NCBI RefSeq assembly: GCF_009914755.1
Contig: NC_060948.1
Length of the DNA stretch: 64,000 nt
Source: the human T2T-CHM13v2.0 reference genome, Homo sapiens
Strand: one strand, 5' to 3'
Part shown: in pieces, positions 28,402 to 42,671 of the stretch
Position numbering within the stretch: the first letter of the stretch is position 1
How the letters are laid out: each line of letters begins with the position of its first letter
Made by a program: the position numbers and the translations under genes
The notes under the pieces: model-generated
What the model was told of the DNA's origin: nothing
Databases searched by the model: none
What the model saw: the letters and a program-made list of their open reading frames with translations, nothing else

Positions 28402-31400
28402 TGAATCAACAGGAATGGAAGAGAATAGAATAGACGGTAATGGAATGGACTCGAATAGAATGGACACGAATGCTCAAATTGAATGGACTCGAATGGAATG
28501 GAAACGAAAGGAATGTCATCGAATGGAATTGAATCGATTGGTATGAAATCGCATAGAATGGAGTGGAATCAAATGGAATTGAATCGAAAGGAAAGGAAGC
28601 CAATGGACTGAAATGAAATGGAATGGAATTGAATGGAAAGTAATGCAATGGAATAGAATGGAACGAAATTTCACGGAATGGAATCAAACTGAATGGAATC
28701 AAATCAATGGAATCAAATCAAATGGAATGGAAAGGAATTGAATGGAGTAGATTGGATTGGATGGGATTGGAATGAAATGTACTGGAAAGGACTCGAATTT
28801 CATGAAACGGAATGGAATGAATTGGAACGGAATGGACTCGAATGGAATGGAATGTCATGGAATGGCATCAAATGGAATGGCATCAAATGGAATGGAATCG
28901 AATACAATGGAATGCTATGGAATGGAATGGAATGCATTGGAATGGAATGTCCTCTAATGGAATGGATTCGAGTGGAATGGAATCGAATATAATGGAGTCG
29001 AATGAAATGGAATTGAAAGGAGTGGGATCGAATACAACGGAATATACTGGAATGTAATGTAATGAACTCGAATGTAATTGACTGGAATGGAATGTACATG
29101 AATGGAATGTAATCGAATGGAAAGTAATCCAATGGAATAGAATCTAATGCAATAAAATCGACTCAGATAGAGTAGAATGTAATGGAATGGAGTGCAGTGC
29201 AATGGAATGGATTGGAATGGAATGCAATGGAATGGAATGGAATGGAATGGAATGGAATGGGATGGAATGGGATGGAATGGTATGGAATGGATAGTAATGG
29301 ACTGGAGTGAAATGGACTGGAAAGGAATGGACTCAAATTGAAAGGGCTCGAAAGGAATGGAGTCAAATGTAATGGTCTGGAATGGAATGAACACGAATGT
29401 AATGCAATCCAATAGAATGGAATCGAATGGCATGGAATATAAAGAAATGGAATCGAAGAGAATGGAAACAAATGGAATGGAATTGAATGGAATGGAATTG
29501 AATGGAATGGGAACGAATGGAGTGAAATTGTATGCAGTAGAAGGGAATAGAATGGAATGCAAGCGAAAGGAAAGGAATGGATTGGAATGGAATGGAACTC
29601 ATTGGAATGGAAGGGAATGTAGTGTAATGGACAGGCCTGGAATAAAGTGGAAAGCTACGGTCTCGAATGAAATAAAAATATATGGAATGGAATGCAATGA
29701 AACGGAATCGAATGTCATAGAATGTAATGGAATGCAAAAAAATGGAATCCAAAATCATTGACTGGAAAGGCTGGGTGTCGAAAGGAATTGACTCCAATGG
29801 AATGGAATCGAATGGAATGGAAGTGAATAGAATCGAACTAAATCGAATGGAATGGAATTGATAGGAACGGAATGGAAAGGAATGCAATGATTTGGCATGG
29901 AATGGAATCGAATGGCATCGAATGGAATGGAATGGAATGCAATGGAATGGAATGTATTAGAATGTAATGAACTTTAATGGAATGTACTCGAATGGATTCG
30001 ACTGGAATGGAATGTTCTGGAAGTGAATGGACTCCAATGGAATGGATTCAAAAGGAATGGAATCGTACGGAATGGAATCTAATGGAATGCAATTAAATGG
30101 AAATGAATCAAATTGAATAGCACGGAATTGAATTGAATGGAATGGAATGCAATGGAATCTAATGAAACGGAAAGGAAAGGAATGGAATGGAATGGAATGG
30201 GCTGGAATGGAAAGGAATCGAAACGAATGGAATGGAATCGAACTGAAGAGACTGGAATGGAATGCACTGGAATGGAAGGGAGTGTAATGGAAGGTTCTCG
30301 AAAAAAATGGAATCGAATGGAATGGAATTGAATGGAACGGAATAGAGTCGAATGGAATTGAATGGAATGGAATGGACTAGAGTGAAATGGAATCGAACCA
30401 CAAGGAATGGACAGGAATAGAATGGTCTCGAATTGAATGGAATCGTATGGAATGGCATCAAACGGAATGGAATGGACAGCCACGGAATGGAATGCACTCG
30501 AATGCAATGGAGTCGAAACTAATGGACTGGAATAGAATGGACTCGACTGGTACGGACTGCAATGGAATGGAATCGAATGGAAGGGAATCGAACGGAATGG
30601 ACTCGAAGGGAAAAGACTGCAATGGAAAGGTCTCGAATGGAATGGAAATTAATGGAATGGAATGGAATCGAATGAAATGGAGTCAAAAGGAATGGAATCG
30701 AATGGCAAGAAATCGAATGTAATGGAATCGCAAGGAATTGATGTGAACGGAACGGAATGGAATGGAATCCAAAGGAATGGAATAGAATGGAATGGAATCG
30801 AATGGAAAGGACTCGAATGGAAATCACTCGAATAGAATGCAATTTAATAAAATAGGATCAAATGTAATGGAATGGAATGGAAAGGAATCGAAACGAAAGG
30901 AATGGAGACAGATGGAATGGAATGGAACAGAGAGCAATGGTATAGAATGGAATGGAATCATCTGGAATGGAATTGAATGGAATGGAATAATATGAAATGG
31001 AATGGAATGGAATGGAATGGAATGCCCTTGAATTAAATGGACTGGAATGGAATGGACTCGAACAGAGTGGAATGGAAAGTGTTGAGATAGAATGGAATGG
31101 ACTCCTTTGGAATGGTGTAGTATGCAATGCAATCGACTGGCAGGGAATCAAAAGGAATGTAATGGAATGGACTGGACTGGAATGCAATGGACTCGTATAG
31201 ATTGGAAACGGAATGCAAAGGAATGGAATGGAATAGTATGGAATGGAATGGAAAGGAATGGAGTGGAATAGACTAGAGTGGAATGGAATGGACTGGAAAG
31301 CAATGGACTGGAATGGAACTTTCTTGAATGGACTGGAATCAAACGGAATGGAATGCAATGCAATCAAATGGCATGGAATAAAATAGAATGAAAGAGAATC

Positions 31401-31965
31401 AAATGGAATTGAATCGAATGGAATCGAATGGATTGGAAAGGAATAGAATGGAATGGAATGGAATTGACTCAAATGGAATGGACTAGAATGGAATGGATTC
31501 GAATGGAAGGCAAAGGAATGGAATCTATTGGAATGGACTGTAATGGAATGGAATGGAAGGGATTGGAATGGACTCGAATGGAATGGACTGCAATAGAAAG
31601 GATTCGAATGGAATGAAAAAGAATTGAATGGAATAGAACAGAATGGAATCAAATCGAATGAAATGGAATGGAATAGAAAGGAATGGAATGAAATGGAATG
31701 GAAAGGATTCGAATGGAATGCAATCGAATGGAATGGAATCGAACGGAATGGAATAAAATGGAAGAAAACTGGCAAGAAATGGAATCGAAATGAATGGAGT
31801 GTTATGGAACGGACTCAAAAGGAATTGAATGTAATAGAATGGAGTGGAGTGGACTCGAATATAATGGACTGGAATGGAATGAAATCACATGGAATGGGAA
31901 CGAATGGAATGGAATGGAAAGGAATGGAATCGAATGGAAAGGAATCGAATGGAAGGGAATGAAAT
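28402..31965 (+). repeat. DYZ1 unit U9 (3564 bp), EcoRI-negative
   Basis: Landmark at 28402 and 31966. GAACTC replaces GAATTC. Confidence 0.93.
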
Positions 31966-34900
31966 TGAATCAACAGGAATGGAAGGGAATAGAATAGACG
32001 GTAATGGAATGGACTCGAATAGAATGGACACGAATGCTCAAATTGAATGGACTCGAATGGAATGGAAACGAAAGGAATGTCATCGAATGGAATTGAATCG
32101 ATTGGAATGAAATCGCATAGAATGGAGTGGAATCAAATGGAATTGAATCGAAAGGAAAGGAAGCCAATGGACTGAAATGAAATGGAATGGAATTGAATGG
32201 AAAGTAATGCAATGGAATAGAATGGAACGAAATTTCACGGAATGGAATCAAACTGAATGGAATCAAATCAATGGAATCAAATCAAATGGAATGGAAAGGA
32301 ATTGAATGGAGTAGATTGGATTGGATGGGATTGGAATGAAATGTACTGGAAAGGACTCGAATTTCATGAAACGGAATGGAATGAATTGGAACGGAATGGA
32401 CTCGAATGGAATGGAATGTCATGGAATGGCATCAAATGGAATGGCATCAAATGGAATGGAATCGAATGCAATGGAATGCTATGGAATGGAATGGAATGCA
32501 TTGGAATGGAATGTCCTCTAATGGAATGGATTCGAGTGGAATGGAATCGAATATAATGGAGTCGAATGAAATGGAATTGAAAGGAATGGGATCGAATACA
32601 ATGGAATATACTGGAATGTAATGTAATGAACTCGAATGTAATTGACTGGAATGGAATGTACATGAATGGAATGTAATCGAATGGAAAGTAATCCAATGGA
32701 ATAGAATCTAATGCAATAAAATCGACTCAGATAGAGTAGAATGTAATGGAATGGAGTGCAGTGCAATGGAATGGATTGGAATGGAATGCAATGGAATGGA
32801 ATGGAATGGAATGGAATGGAATGGAATGGGATGGAATGGGATGGAATGGTATGGAATGGATAGTAATGGACTGGAGTGAAATGGACTGGAAAGGAATGGA
32901 CTCAAATTGAAAGGGCTCGATAGGAATGGAGTCAAATGTAATGGTCTGGAATGGAATGAACACGAATGTAATGCAATCCAATAGAATGGAATCGAATGGC
33001 ATGGAATATAAAGAAATGGAATCGAAGAGAATGGAAACAAATGGAATGGAATTGAATGGAATGGAATTGAATGGAATGGGAAGGAATGGAGTGAAATTGT
33101 ATGCAGTAGAAGGGAATAGAATGGAATGCAAGCGAAAGGAAAGGAATGGATTGGAATGGAATGGAACTCATTGGAATGGAAGGGAATGTAGTGTAATGGA
33201 CAGGCCTGGAATAAAGTGGAAAGCTACGGTCTCGAATGGAATAAAAATATATGGAATGGAATGCAATGAAACGGAATCGAATGTCATAGAATGTAATGGA
33301 ATGCAAAAACATGGAATCCAAAATCATTGACTGGAAAGGCTGGGTGTCGAAAGGAATTGACTCCAATGGAATGGAATCGAATGGAATGGAAGTGAATAGA
33401 ATCGAACTAAATCGAATGGAATGGAATTGATAGGAACGGAATGGAAAGGAATGCAATGATTTGGCATGGAATGGAATCGAATGGCATCGAATGGAATGGA
33501 ATGGAATGCAATGGAATGGAATGTATTAGAATGTAATGAACTTTAATGGAATGTACTCGAATGGATTCGACTGGAATGGAATGTTCTGGAAGTGAATGGA
33601 CTCCAATGGAATGGATTCAAAAGGAATGGAATCGTACGGAATGGAATCTAATGGAATGCAATTAAATGGAAATGAATCAAATTGAATAGCATGGAATTGA
33701 ATTGAATGGAATGGAATGCAATGGAATCTAATGAAACGGAAAGGAAAGGAATGGAATGGAATGGAATGGGCTGGAATGGAAAGGAATCGAAACGAATGGA
33801 ATGGAATCGAACTGAAGAGACTGGAATGGAATGCACTGGAATGGAAGGGAGTGTAATGGAAGGTTCTCGAAAAAAATGGAATCGAATGGAATGGAATTGA
33901 ATGGAACGGAATAGAGTCGAATGGAATTGAATGGAATGGAATGGACTAGAGTGAAATGGAATCGAACCACAAGGAATGGACAGGAATAGAATGGTCTCGA
34001 ATTGAATGGAATCGTATGGAATGGCATCAAACGGAATGGAATGGACAGCCACGGAATGGAATGCACTCGAATGCAATGGAGTCGAAACTAATGGACTGGA
34101 ATAGAATGGACTCGACTGGTACGGACTGCAATGGAATGGAATCGAATGGAAGGGAATCGAACGGAATGGACTCGAAGGGAAAAGACTGCAATGGAAAGGT
34201 CTCGAATGGAATGGAAATTAATGGAATGGAATGGAATCGAATGAAATGGAGTCAAAAGGAATGGAATCGAATGGCAAGAAATCGAATGTAATGGAATCGC
34301 AAGGAATTGATGTGAACGGAACGGAATGGAATGGAATCCAAAGGAATGGAATAGAATGGAATGGAATCGAATGGAAAGGACTCGAATGGAAATCACTCGA
34401 ATAGAATGCAATTTAATAAAATAGGATCAAATGTAATGGAATGGAATGGAAAGGAATCGAAACGAAAGGAATGGAGACAGATGGAATGGAATGGAACAGA
34501 GAGCAATGGTATAGAATGGAATGGAATCATCTGGAATGGAATTGAATGGAATGGAATAATATGAAATGGAATGGAATGGAATGGAATGGAATGCCCTTGA
34601 ATTAAATGGACTGGAATGGAATGGACTCGAACAGAGTGGAATGGAAAGTGTTGAGATAGAATGGAATGGACTCCTTTGGAATGGTGTAGTATGCAATGCA
34701 ATCGACTGGCAGGGAATCAAAAGGAATGTAATGGAATGGACTGGACTGGAATGCAATGGACTCGTATAGATTGGAAACGGAATGCAAAGGAATGGAATGG
34801 AATAGTATGGAATGGAATGGAAAGGAATGGAGTGGAATAGACTAGAGTGGAATGGAATGGACTGGAAAGCAATGGACTGGAATGGAACTTTCTTGAATGG

Positions 34901-35534
34901 ACTGGAATCAAACGGAATGGAATGCAATGCAATCAAATGGCATGGAATAAAATAGAATGAAAGAGAATCAAATGGAATTGAATCGAATGGAATCGAATGG
35001 ATTGGAAAGGAATAGAATGGAATGGAATGGAATTGACTCAAATGGAATGGACTAGAATGGAATGGATTCGAATGGAAGGCAAAGGAATGGAATCTATTGG
35101 AATGGACTGTAATGGAATGGAATGGAAGGGATTGGAATGGACTCGAATGGAATGGACTGCAATAGAAAGGATTCGAATGGAATGAAAAAGAATTGAATGG
35201 AATAGAACAGAATGGAATCAAATCGAATGAAATGGAATGGAATAGAAAGGAATGGAATGAAATGGAATGGAAAGGATTCGAATGGAATGCAATCGAATGG
35301 AATGGAATCGAACGGAATGGAATAAAATGGAAGAAAACTGGCAAGAAATGGAATCGAAATGAATGGAGTGTTATGGAACGGACTCAAAAGGAATTGAATG
35401 TAATAGAATGGAGTGGAGTGGACTCGAATATAATGGACTGGAATGGAATGAAATCACATGGAATGGGAACGAATGGAATGGAATGGAAAGGAATGGAATC
35501 GAATGGAAAGGAATCGAATGGAAGGGAATGAAAT
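31966..35534 (+). repeat. DYZ1 unit U10 (3569 bp), EcoRI-negative
   Basis: Landmark at 31966 and 35535. Confidence 0.93.
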
Positions 35535-38500
35535 TGAATCAACAGGAATGGAAGGGAATAGAATAGACGGTAATGGAATGGACTCGAATAGAATGGACAC
35601 GAATGCTCAAATTGAATGGACTCGAATGGAATGGAAACGAAAGGATGTCATCGAATAGAATTGAATCGATTGGAATGAAATCGCATAGAATGGAGTGGAA
35701 TCAAATGGAATTGAATCGAAAGGAAAGGAAGCCAATGGACTGAAATGAAATGGAATGGAATTGAATGGAAAGTAATGCAATGGAATAGAATGGAACGAAA
35801 TTTCACGGAATGGAATCAAACTGAATGGAATCAAATCAATGGAATCAAATCAAATGGAATGGAAAGGAATTGAATGGAGTAGATTGGATTGGATGGGATT
35901 GGAATGAAATGTACTGGAAAGGACTCGAATTTCATGAAACGGAATGGAATGAATTGGAACGGAATGGACTCGAATGGAATGGAATGTCATGGAATGGCAT
36001 CAAATGGAATGGCATCAAATGGAATGGAATCGAATGCAATGGAATGCTATGGAATGGAATGGAATGAATTGGAATGGAATGTCCTCTAATGGAATGGATT
36101 CGAGTGGAATGGAATCGAATATAATGGAGTCGAATGAAATGGAATTGAAAGGAATGGGATCGAATACAATGGAATATACTGGAATGTAATGTAATGAACT
36201 CGAATGTAATTGACTGGAATGGAATGTACATGAATGGAATGTAATCGAATGGAAAGTAATCCAATGGAATAGAATCTAATGCAATAAAATCGACTCAGAT
36301 AGAGTAGAATGTAATGGAATGGAGTGCAGTGCAATGGAATGGATTGGAATGGAATGCAATGGAATGGAATGGAATGGAATGGAATGGAATGGAATGGGAT
36401 GGAATGGGATGGAATGGTATGGAATGGATAGTAATGGACTGGAGTGAAATGGACTGGAAAGGAATGGACTCAAATTGAAAGGGCTCGATAGGAATGGAGT
36501 CAAATGTAATGGTCTGGAATGGAATGAACACGAATGTAATGCAATCCAATAGAATGGAATCGAATGGCATGGAATATAAAGAAATGGAATCGAAGAGAAT
36601 GGAAACAAATGGAATGGAATTGAATGGAATGGAATTGAATGGAATGGGAAGGAATGGAGTGAAATTGTATGCAGTAGAAGGGAATAGAATGGAATGCAAG
36701 CGAAAGGAAAGGAATGGATTGGAATGGAATGGAACTCATTGGAATGGAAGGGAATGTAGTGTAATGGACAGGCCTGGAATAAAGTGGAAAGCTACGGTCT
36801 CGAATGGAATAAAAATATATGGAATGGAATGCAATGAAACGGAATCGAATGTCATAGAATGTAATGGAATGCAAAAACATGGAATCCAAAATCATTGACT
36901 GGAAAGGCTGGGTGTCGAAAGGAATTGACTCCAATGGAATGGAATCGAATGGAATGGAAGTGAATAGAATCGAACTAAATCGAATGGAATGGAATTGATA
37001 GGAACGGAATGGAAAGGAATGCAATGATTTGGCATGGAATGGAATCGAATGGCATCGAATGGAATGGAATGGAATGCAATGGAATGGAATGTATTAGAAT
37101 GTAATGAACTTTAATGGAATGTACTCGAATGGATTCGACTGGAATGGAATGTTCTGGAAGTGAATGGACTCCAATGGAATGGATTCAAAAGGAATGGAAT
37201 CGTACGGAATGGAATCTAATGGAATGCAATTAAATGGAAATGAATCAAATTGAATAGCACGGAATTGAATTGAATGGAATGGAATGCAATGGAATCTAAT
37301 GAAACGGAAAGGAAAGGAATGGAATGGAATGGAATGGGCTGGAATGGAAAGGAATCGAAACGAATGGAATGGAATCGAACTGAAGAGACTGGAATGGAAT
37401 GCACTGGAATGGAAGGGAGTGTAATGGAAGGTTCTCGAAAAAAATGGAATCGAATGGAATGGAATTGAATGGAACGGAATAGAGTCGAATGGAATTGAAT
37501 GGAATGGAATGGACTAGAGTGAAATGGAATCGAACCACAAGGAATGGACAGGAATAGAATGGTCTCGAATTGAATGGAATCGTATGGAATGGCATCAAAC
37601 GGAATGGAATGGACAGCCACGGAATGGAATGCACTCGAATGCAATGGAGTCGAAACTAATGGACTGGAATAGAATGGACTCGACTGGTACGGACTGCAAT
37701 GGAATGGAATCGAATGGAAGGGAATCGAACGGAATGGACTCGAAGGGAAAAGACTGCAATGGAAAGGTCTCGAATGGAATGGAAATTAATGGAATGGAAT
37801 GGAATCGAATGAAATGGAGTCAAAAGGAATGGAATCGAATGGCAAGAAATCGAATGTAATGGAATCGCAAGGAATTGATGTGAACGGAACGGAATGGAAT
37901 GGAATCCAAAGGAATGGAATAGAATGGAATGGAATCGAATGGAAAGGACTCGAATGGAAATCACTCGAATAGAATGCAATTTAATAAAATAGGATCAAAT
38001 GTAATGGAATGGAATGGAAAGGAATCGAAACGAAAGGAATGGAGACAGATGGAATGGAATGGAACAGAGAGCAATGGTATAGAATGGAATGGAATCATCT
38101 GGAATGGAATTGAATGGAATGGAATAATATGAAATGGAATGGAATGGAATGGAATGGAATGCCCTTGAATTAAATGGACTGGAATGGAATGGACTCGAAC
38201 AGAGTGGAATGGAAAGTGTTGAGATAGAATGGAATGGACTCCTTTGGAATGGTGTAGTATGCAATGCAATCGACTGGCAGGGAATCAAAAGGAATGTAAT
38301 GGAATGGACTGGACTGGAATGCAATGGACTCGTATAGATTGGAAACGGAATGCAAAGGAATGGAATGGAATAGTATGGAATGGAATGGAAAGGAATGGAG
38401 TGGAATAGACTAGAGTGGAATGGAATGGACTGGAAAGCAATGGACTGGAATGGAACTTTCTTGAATGGACTGGAATCAAACGGAATGGAATGCAATGCAA

Positions 38501-39102
38501 TCAAATGGCATGGAATAAAATAGAATGAAAGAGAATCAAATGGAATTGAATCGAATGGAATCGAATGGATTGGAAAGGAATAGAATGGAATGGAATGGAA
38601 TGGACTCAAATGGAATGTACTAGAATGGAATGGATTCGAATGGAAGGCAAAGGAATGGAATCTATTGGAATGGACTGTAATGGAATGGAATGGAAGGGAT
38701 TGGAATGGACTCGAATGGAATGGACTGCAATAGAAAGGATTCGAATGGAATGAAAAAGAATTGAATGGAATAGAACAGAATGGAATCAAATCGAATGAAA
38801 TGGAATGGAATAGAAAGGAATGGAATGAAATGGAATGGAAAGGATTCGAATGGAATGCAATCGAATGGAATGGAATCGAACGGAATGGAATAAAATGGAA
38901 GAAAACTGGCAAGAAATGGAATCGAAATGAATGGAGTGTTATGGAACGGACTCAAAAGGAATTGAATGTAATAGAATGGAGTGGAGTGGACTCGAATATA
39001 ATGGACTGGAATGGAATGAAATCACATGGAATGGGAACGAATGGAATGGAATGGAAAGGAATGGAATCGAATGGAAAGGAATCGAATGGAAGGGAATGAA
39101 AT
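35535..39102 (+). repeat. DYZ1 unit U11 (3568 bp), EcoRI-negative
   Basis: Landmark at 35535 and 39103. 1-bp deletion near 35645 (AAGGATGTCA). Confidence 0.93.
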
Positions 39103-42100
39103 TGAATCAACAGGAATGGAAGGGAATAGAATAGACGGTAATGGAATGGACTCGAATAGAATGGACACGAATGCTCAAATTGAATGGACTCGAATGGAAT
39201 GGAAACGAAAGGAATGTAATCGAATGGAATTGAATCGATTGGAATGAAATCGCACAGAATGGAGTGGAATCAAATGGAATTGAATCGAAAGGAAAGGAAG
39301 CCAATGGACTGAAATGAAATGGAATGGAATTGAATGGAAAGTAATGCAATGGAATAGAATGGAACGAAATTTCACGGAATGGAATCAAACTGAATGGAAT
39401 CAAATCAATGGAATCAAATCAAATGGAATGGAAAGGAATTGAATGGAGTAGATTGGATTGGATGGGATTGGAATGAAATGTACTGGAAAGGACTCGAATT
39501 TCATGAAACGGAATGGAATGAATTGGAACGGAATGGACTCGAATGGAATGGAATGTCATGGAATGGCATCAAATGGAATGGCATCAAATGGAATGGAATC
39601 GAATGCAATGGAATGCTATGGAATGGAATGGAATGCATTGGAATGGAATGTCCTCTAATGGAATGGATTCGAGTGGAATGGAATCGAATATAATGGAGTC
39701 GAATGAAATGGAATTGAAAGGAATGGGATCGAATACAATGGAATATACTGGAATGTAATGTAATGAACTCGAATGTAATTGACTGGAATGGAATGTACAT
39801 GAATGGAATGTAATCGAATGGAAAGTAATCCAATGGAATAGAATCTAATGCAATAAAATCGACTCAGATAGAGTAGAATGTAATGGAATGGAGTGCAGTG
39901 CAATGGAATGGATTGGAATGGAATGCAATGGAATGGAATGGAATGGAATGGAATGGAATGGAATGGGATGGAATGGGATGGAATGGTATGGAATGGATAG
40001 TAATGGACTGGAGTGAAATGGACTGGAAAGGAATTGACTCAAATTGAAAGGGCTCGAAAGGAATGGAGTCAAATGTAATGGTCTGGAATGGAATGAACAC
40101 GAATGTAATGCAATCCAATAGAATGGAATCGAATGGCATGGAATATAAAGAAATGGAATCGAAGAGAATGGAAACAAATGGAATGGAATTGAATGGAATG
40201 GAATTGAATGGAATGGGAAGGAATGGAGTGAAATTGTATGCAGTAGAAGAGAATAGAATGGAATGCAAGCGAAAGGAAAGGAATGGATTGGAATGGAATG
40301 GAACTCATTGGAATGGAAGGGAATGTAGTGTAATGGACAGGCCTGGAATAAAGTGGAAAGCTACGGTCTCGAATGGAATAAAAATATATGGAATGGAATG
40401 CAATGAAACGGAATCGAATGTCATAGAATGCAATGGAATGCAAAAACATGGAATCCAAAATCATTGACTGGAAAGGCTGGGTGTCGAAAGGAATTGACTC
40501 CAATGGAATGGAATCGAATGGAATGGAAGTGAATAGAATCGAACTAAATCGAATGGAATGGAATTGATAGGAACGGAATGGAAAGGAATGCAATGATTTG
40601 GCATGGAATGGAATCGAATGGCATCGAATGGAATGGAATGGAATGCAATGGAATGGAATGTATTAGAATGTAATGAACTTTAATGGAATGTACTCGAATG
40701 GATTCGACTGGAATGGAATGTTCTGGAAGTGAATGGACTCCAATGGAATGGATTCAAAAGGAATGGAATCGTACGGAATGGAATCTAATGGAATGCAATT
40801 AAATGGAAATGAATCAAATTGAATAGCACGGAATTGAATTGAATGGAATGGAATGCAATGGAATCTAATGAAACGGAAAGGAAAGGAATGGAATGGAATG
40901 GAATGGGCTGGAATGGAAAGGAATCGAAACGAATGGAATGGAATCGAACTGAAGAGACTGGAATGGAATGCACTGGAATGGAAGGGAGTGTAATGGAAGG
41001 TTCTCGAAAAAAATGGAATCGAATGGAATGGAATTGAATGGAACGGAATAGAGTCGAATGGAATTGAATGGAATGGAATGGACTAGAGTGAAATGGAATC
41101 GAACCACAAGGAATGGACAGGAATAGAATGGTCTCGAATTGAATGGAATCGTATGGAATGGCATCAAACGGAATGGAATGGACAGCCACGGAATGGAATG
41201 CACTCGAATGCAATGGAGTCGAAACTAATGGACTGGAATAGAATGGACTCGACTGGTACGGACTGCAATGGAATGGAATCGAATGGAAGGGAATCGAACG
41301 GAATGGACTCGAAGGGAAAAGACTGCAATGGAAAGGTCTCGAATGGAATGGAAATTAATGGAATGGAATGGAATCGAATGAAATGGAGTCAAAAGGAATG
41401 GAATCGAATGGCAAGAAATCGAATGTAATGGAATCGCAAGGAATTGATGTGAACGGAACGGAATGGAATGGAATCCAAAGGAATGGAATAGAATGGAATG
41501 GAATCGAATGGAAAGGACTCGAATGGAAATCACTCGAATAGAATGCAATTTAATAAAATAGGATCAAATGTAATGGAATGGAATGGAAAGGAATCGAAAC
41601 GAAAGGAATGGAGACAGATGGAATGGAATGGAACAGAGAGCAATGGTATAGAATGGAATGGAATCATCTGGAATGGAATTGAATGGAATGGAATAATATG
41701 AAATGGAATGGAATGGAATGGAATGGAATGCCCTTGAATTAAATGGACTGGAATGGAATGGACTCGAACAGAGTGGAATGGAAAGTGTTGAGATAGAATG
41801 GAATGGACTCCTTTGGAATGGTGTAGTATGCAATGCAATCGACTGGCAGGGAATCAAAAGGAATGTAATGGAAAGGACTGGACTGGAATGCAATGGACTC
41901 GTATAGATTGGAAACGGAATGCAAAGGAATGGAATGGAATAGTATGGAATGGAATGGAAAGGAATGGAGTGGAATAGACTAGAGTGGAATGGAATGGACT
42001 GGAAAGCAATGGACTGGAATGGAACTTTCTTGAATGGACTGGAATCAAACGGAATGGAATGCAATGCAATCAAATGGCATGGAATAAAATAGAATGAAAG

Positions 42101-42671
42101 AGAATCAAATGGAATTGAATCGAATGGAATCGAATGGATTGGAAAGGAATAGAATGGAATGGAATGGAATTGACTCAAATGGAATGGACTAGAATGGAAT
42201 GGATTCGAATGGAAGGCAAAGGAATGGAATCTATTGGAATGGACTGTAATGGAATGGAATGGAAGGGATTGGAATGGACTCGAATGGAATGGACTGCAAT
42301 AGAAAGGATTCGAATGGAATGAAAAAGAATTGAATGGAATAGAACAGAATGGAATCAAATCGAATGAAATGGAATGGAATAGAAAGGAATGGAATGAAAT
42401 GGAATGGAAAGGATTCGAATGGAATGCAATCGAATGGAATGGAATCGAACGGAATGGAATAAAATGGAAGAAAACTGGCAAGAAATGGAATCGAAATGAA
42501 TGGAGTGTTATGGAACGGACTCAAAAGGAATTGAATGTAATAGAATGGAGTGGAGTGGACTCGAATATAATGGACTGGAATGGAATGAAATCACATGGAA
42601 TGGGAACGAATGGAATGGAATGGAAAGGAATGGAATCGAATGGAAAGGAATCGAATGGAAGGGAATGAAAT
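39103..42671 (+). repeat. DYZ1 unit U12 (3569 bp), EcoRI-negative
   Basis: Landmark at 39103 and 42672. Confidence 0.93.
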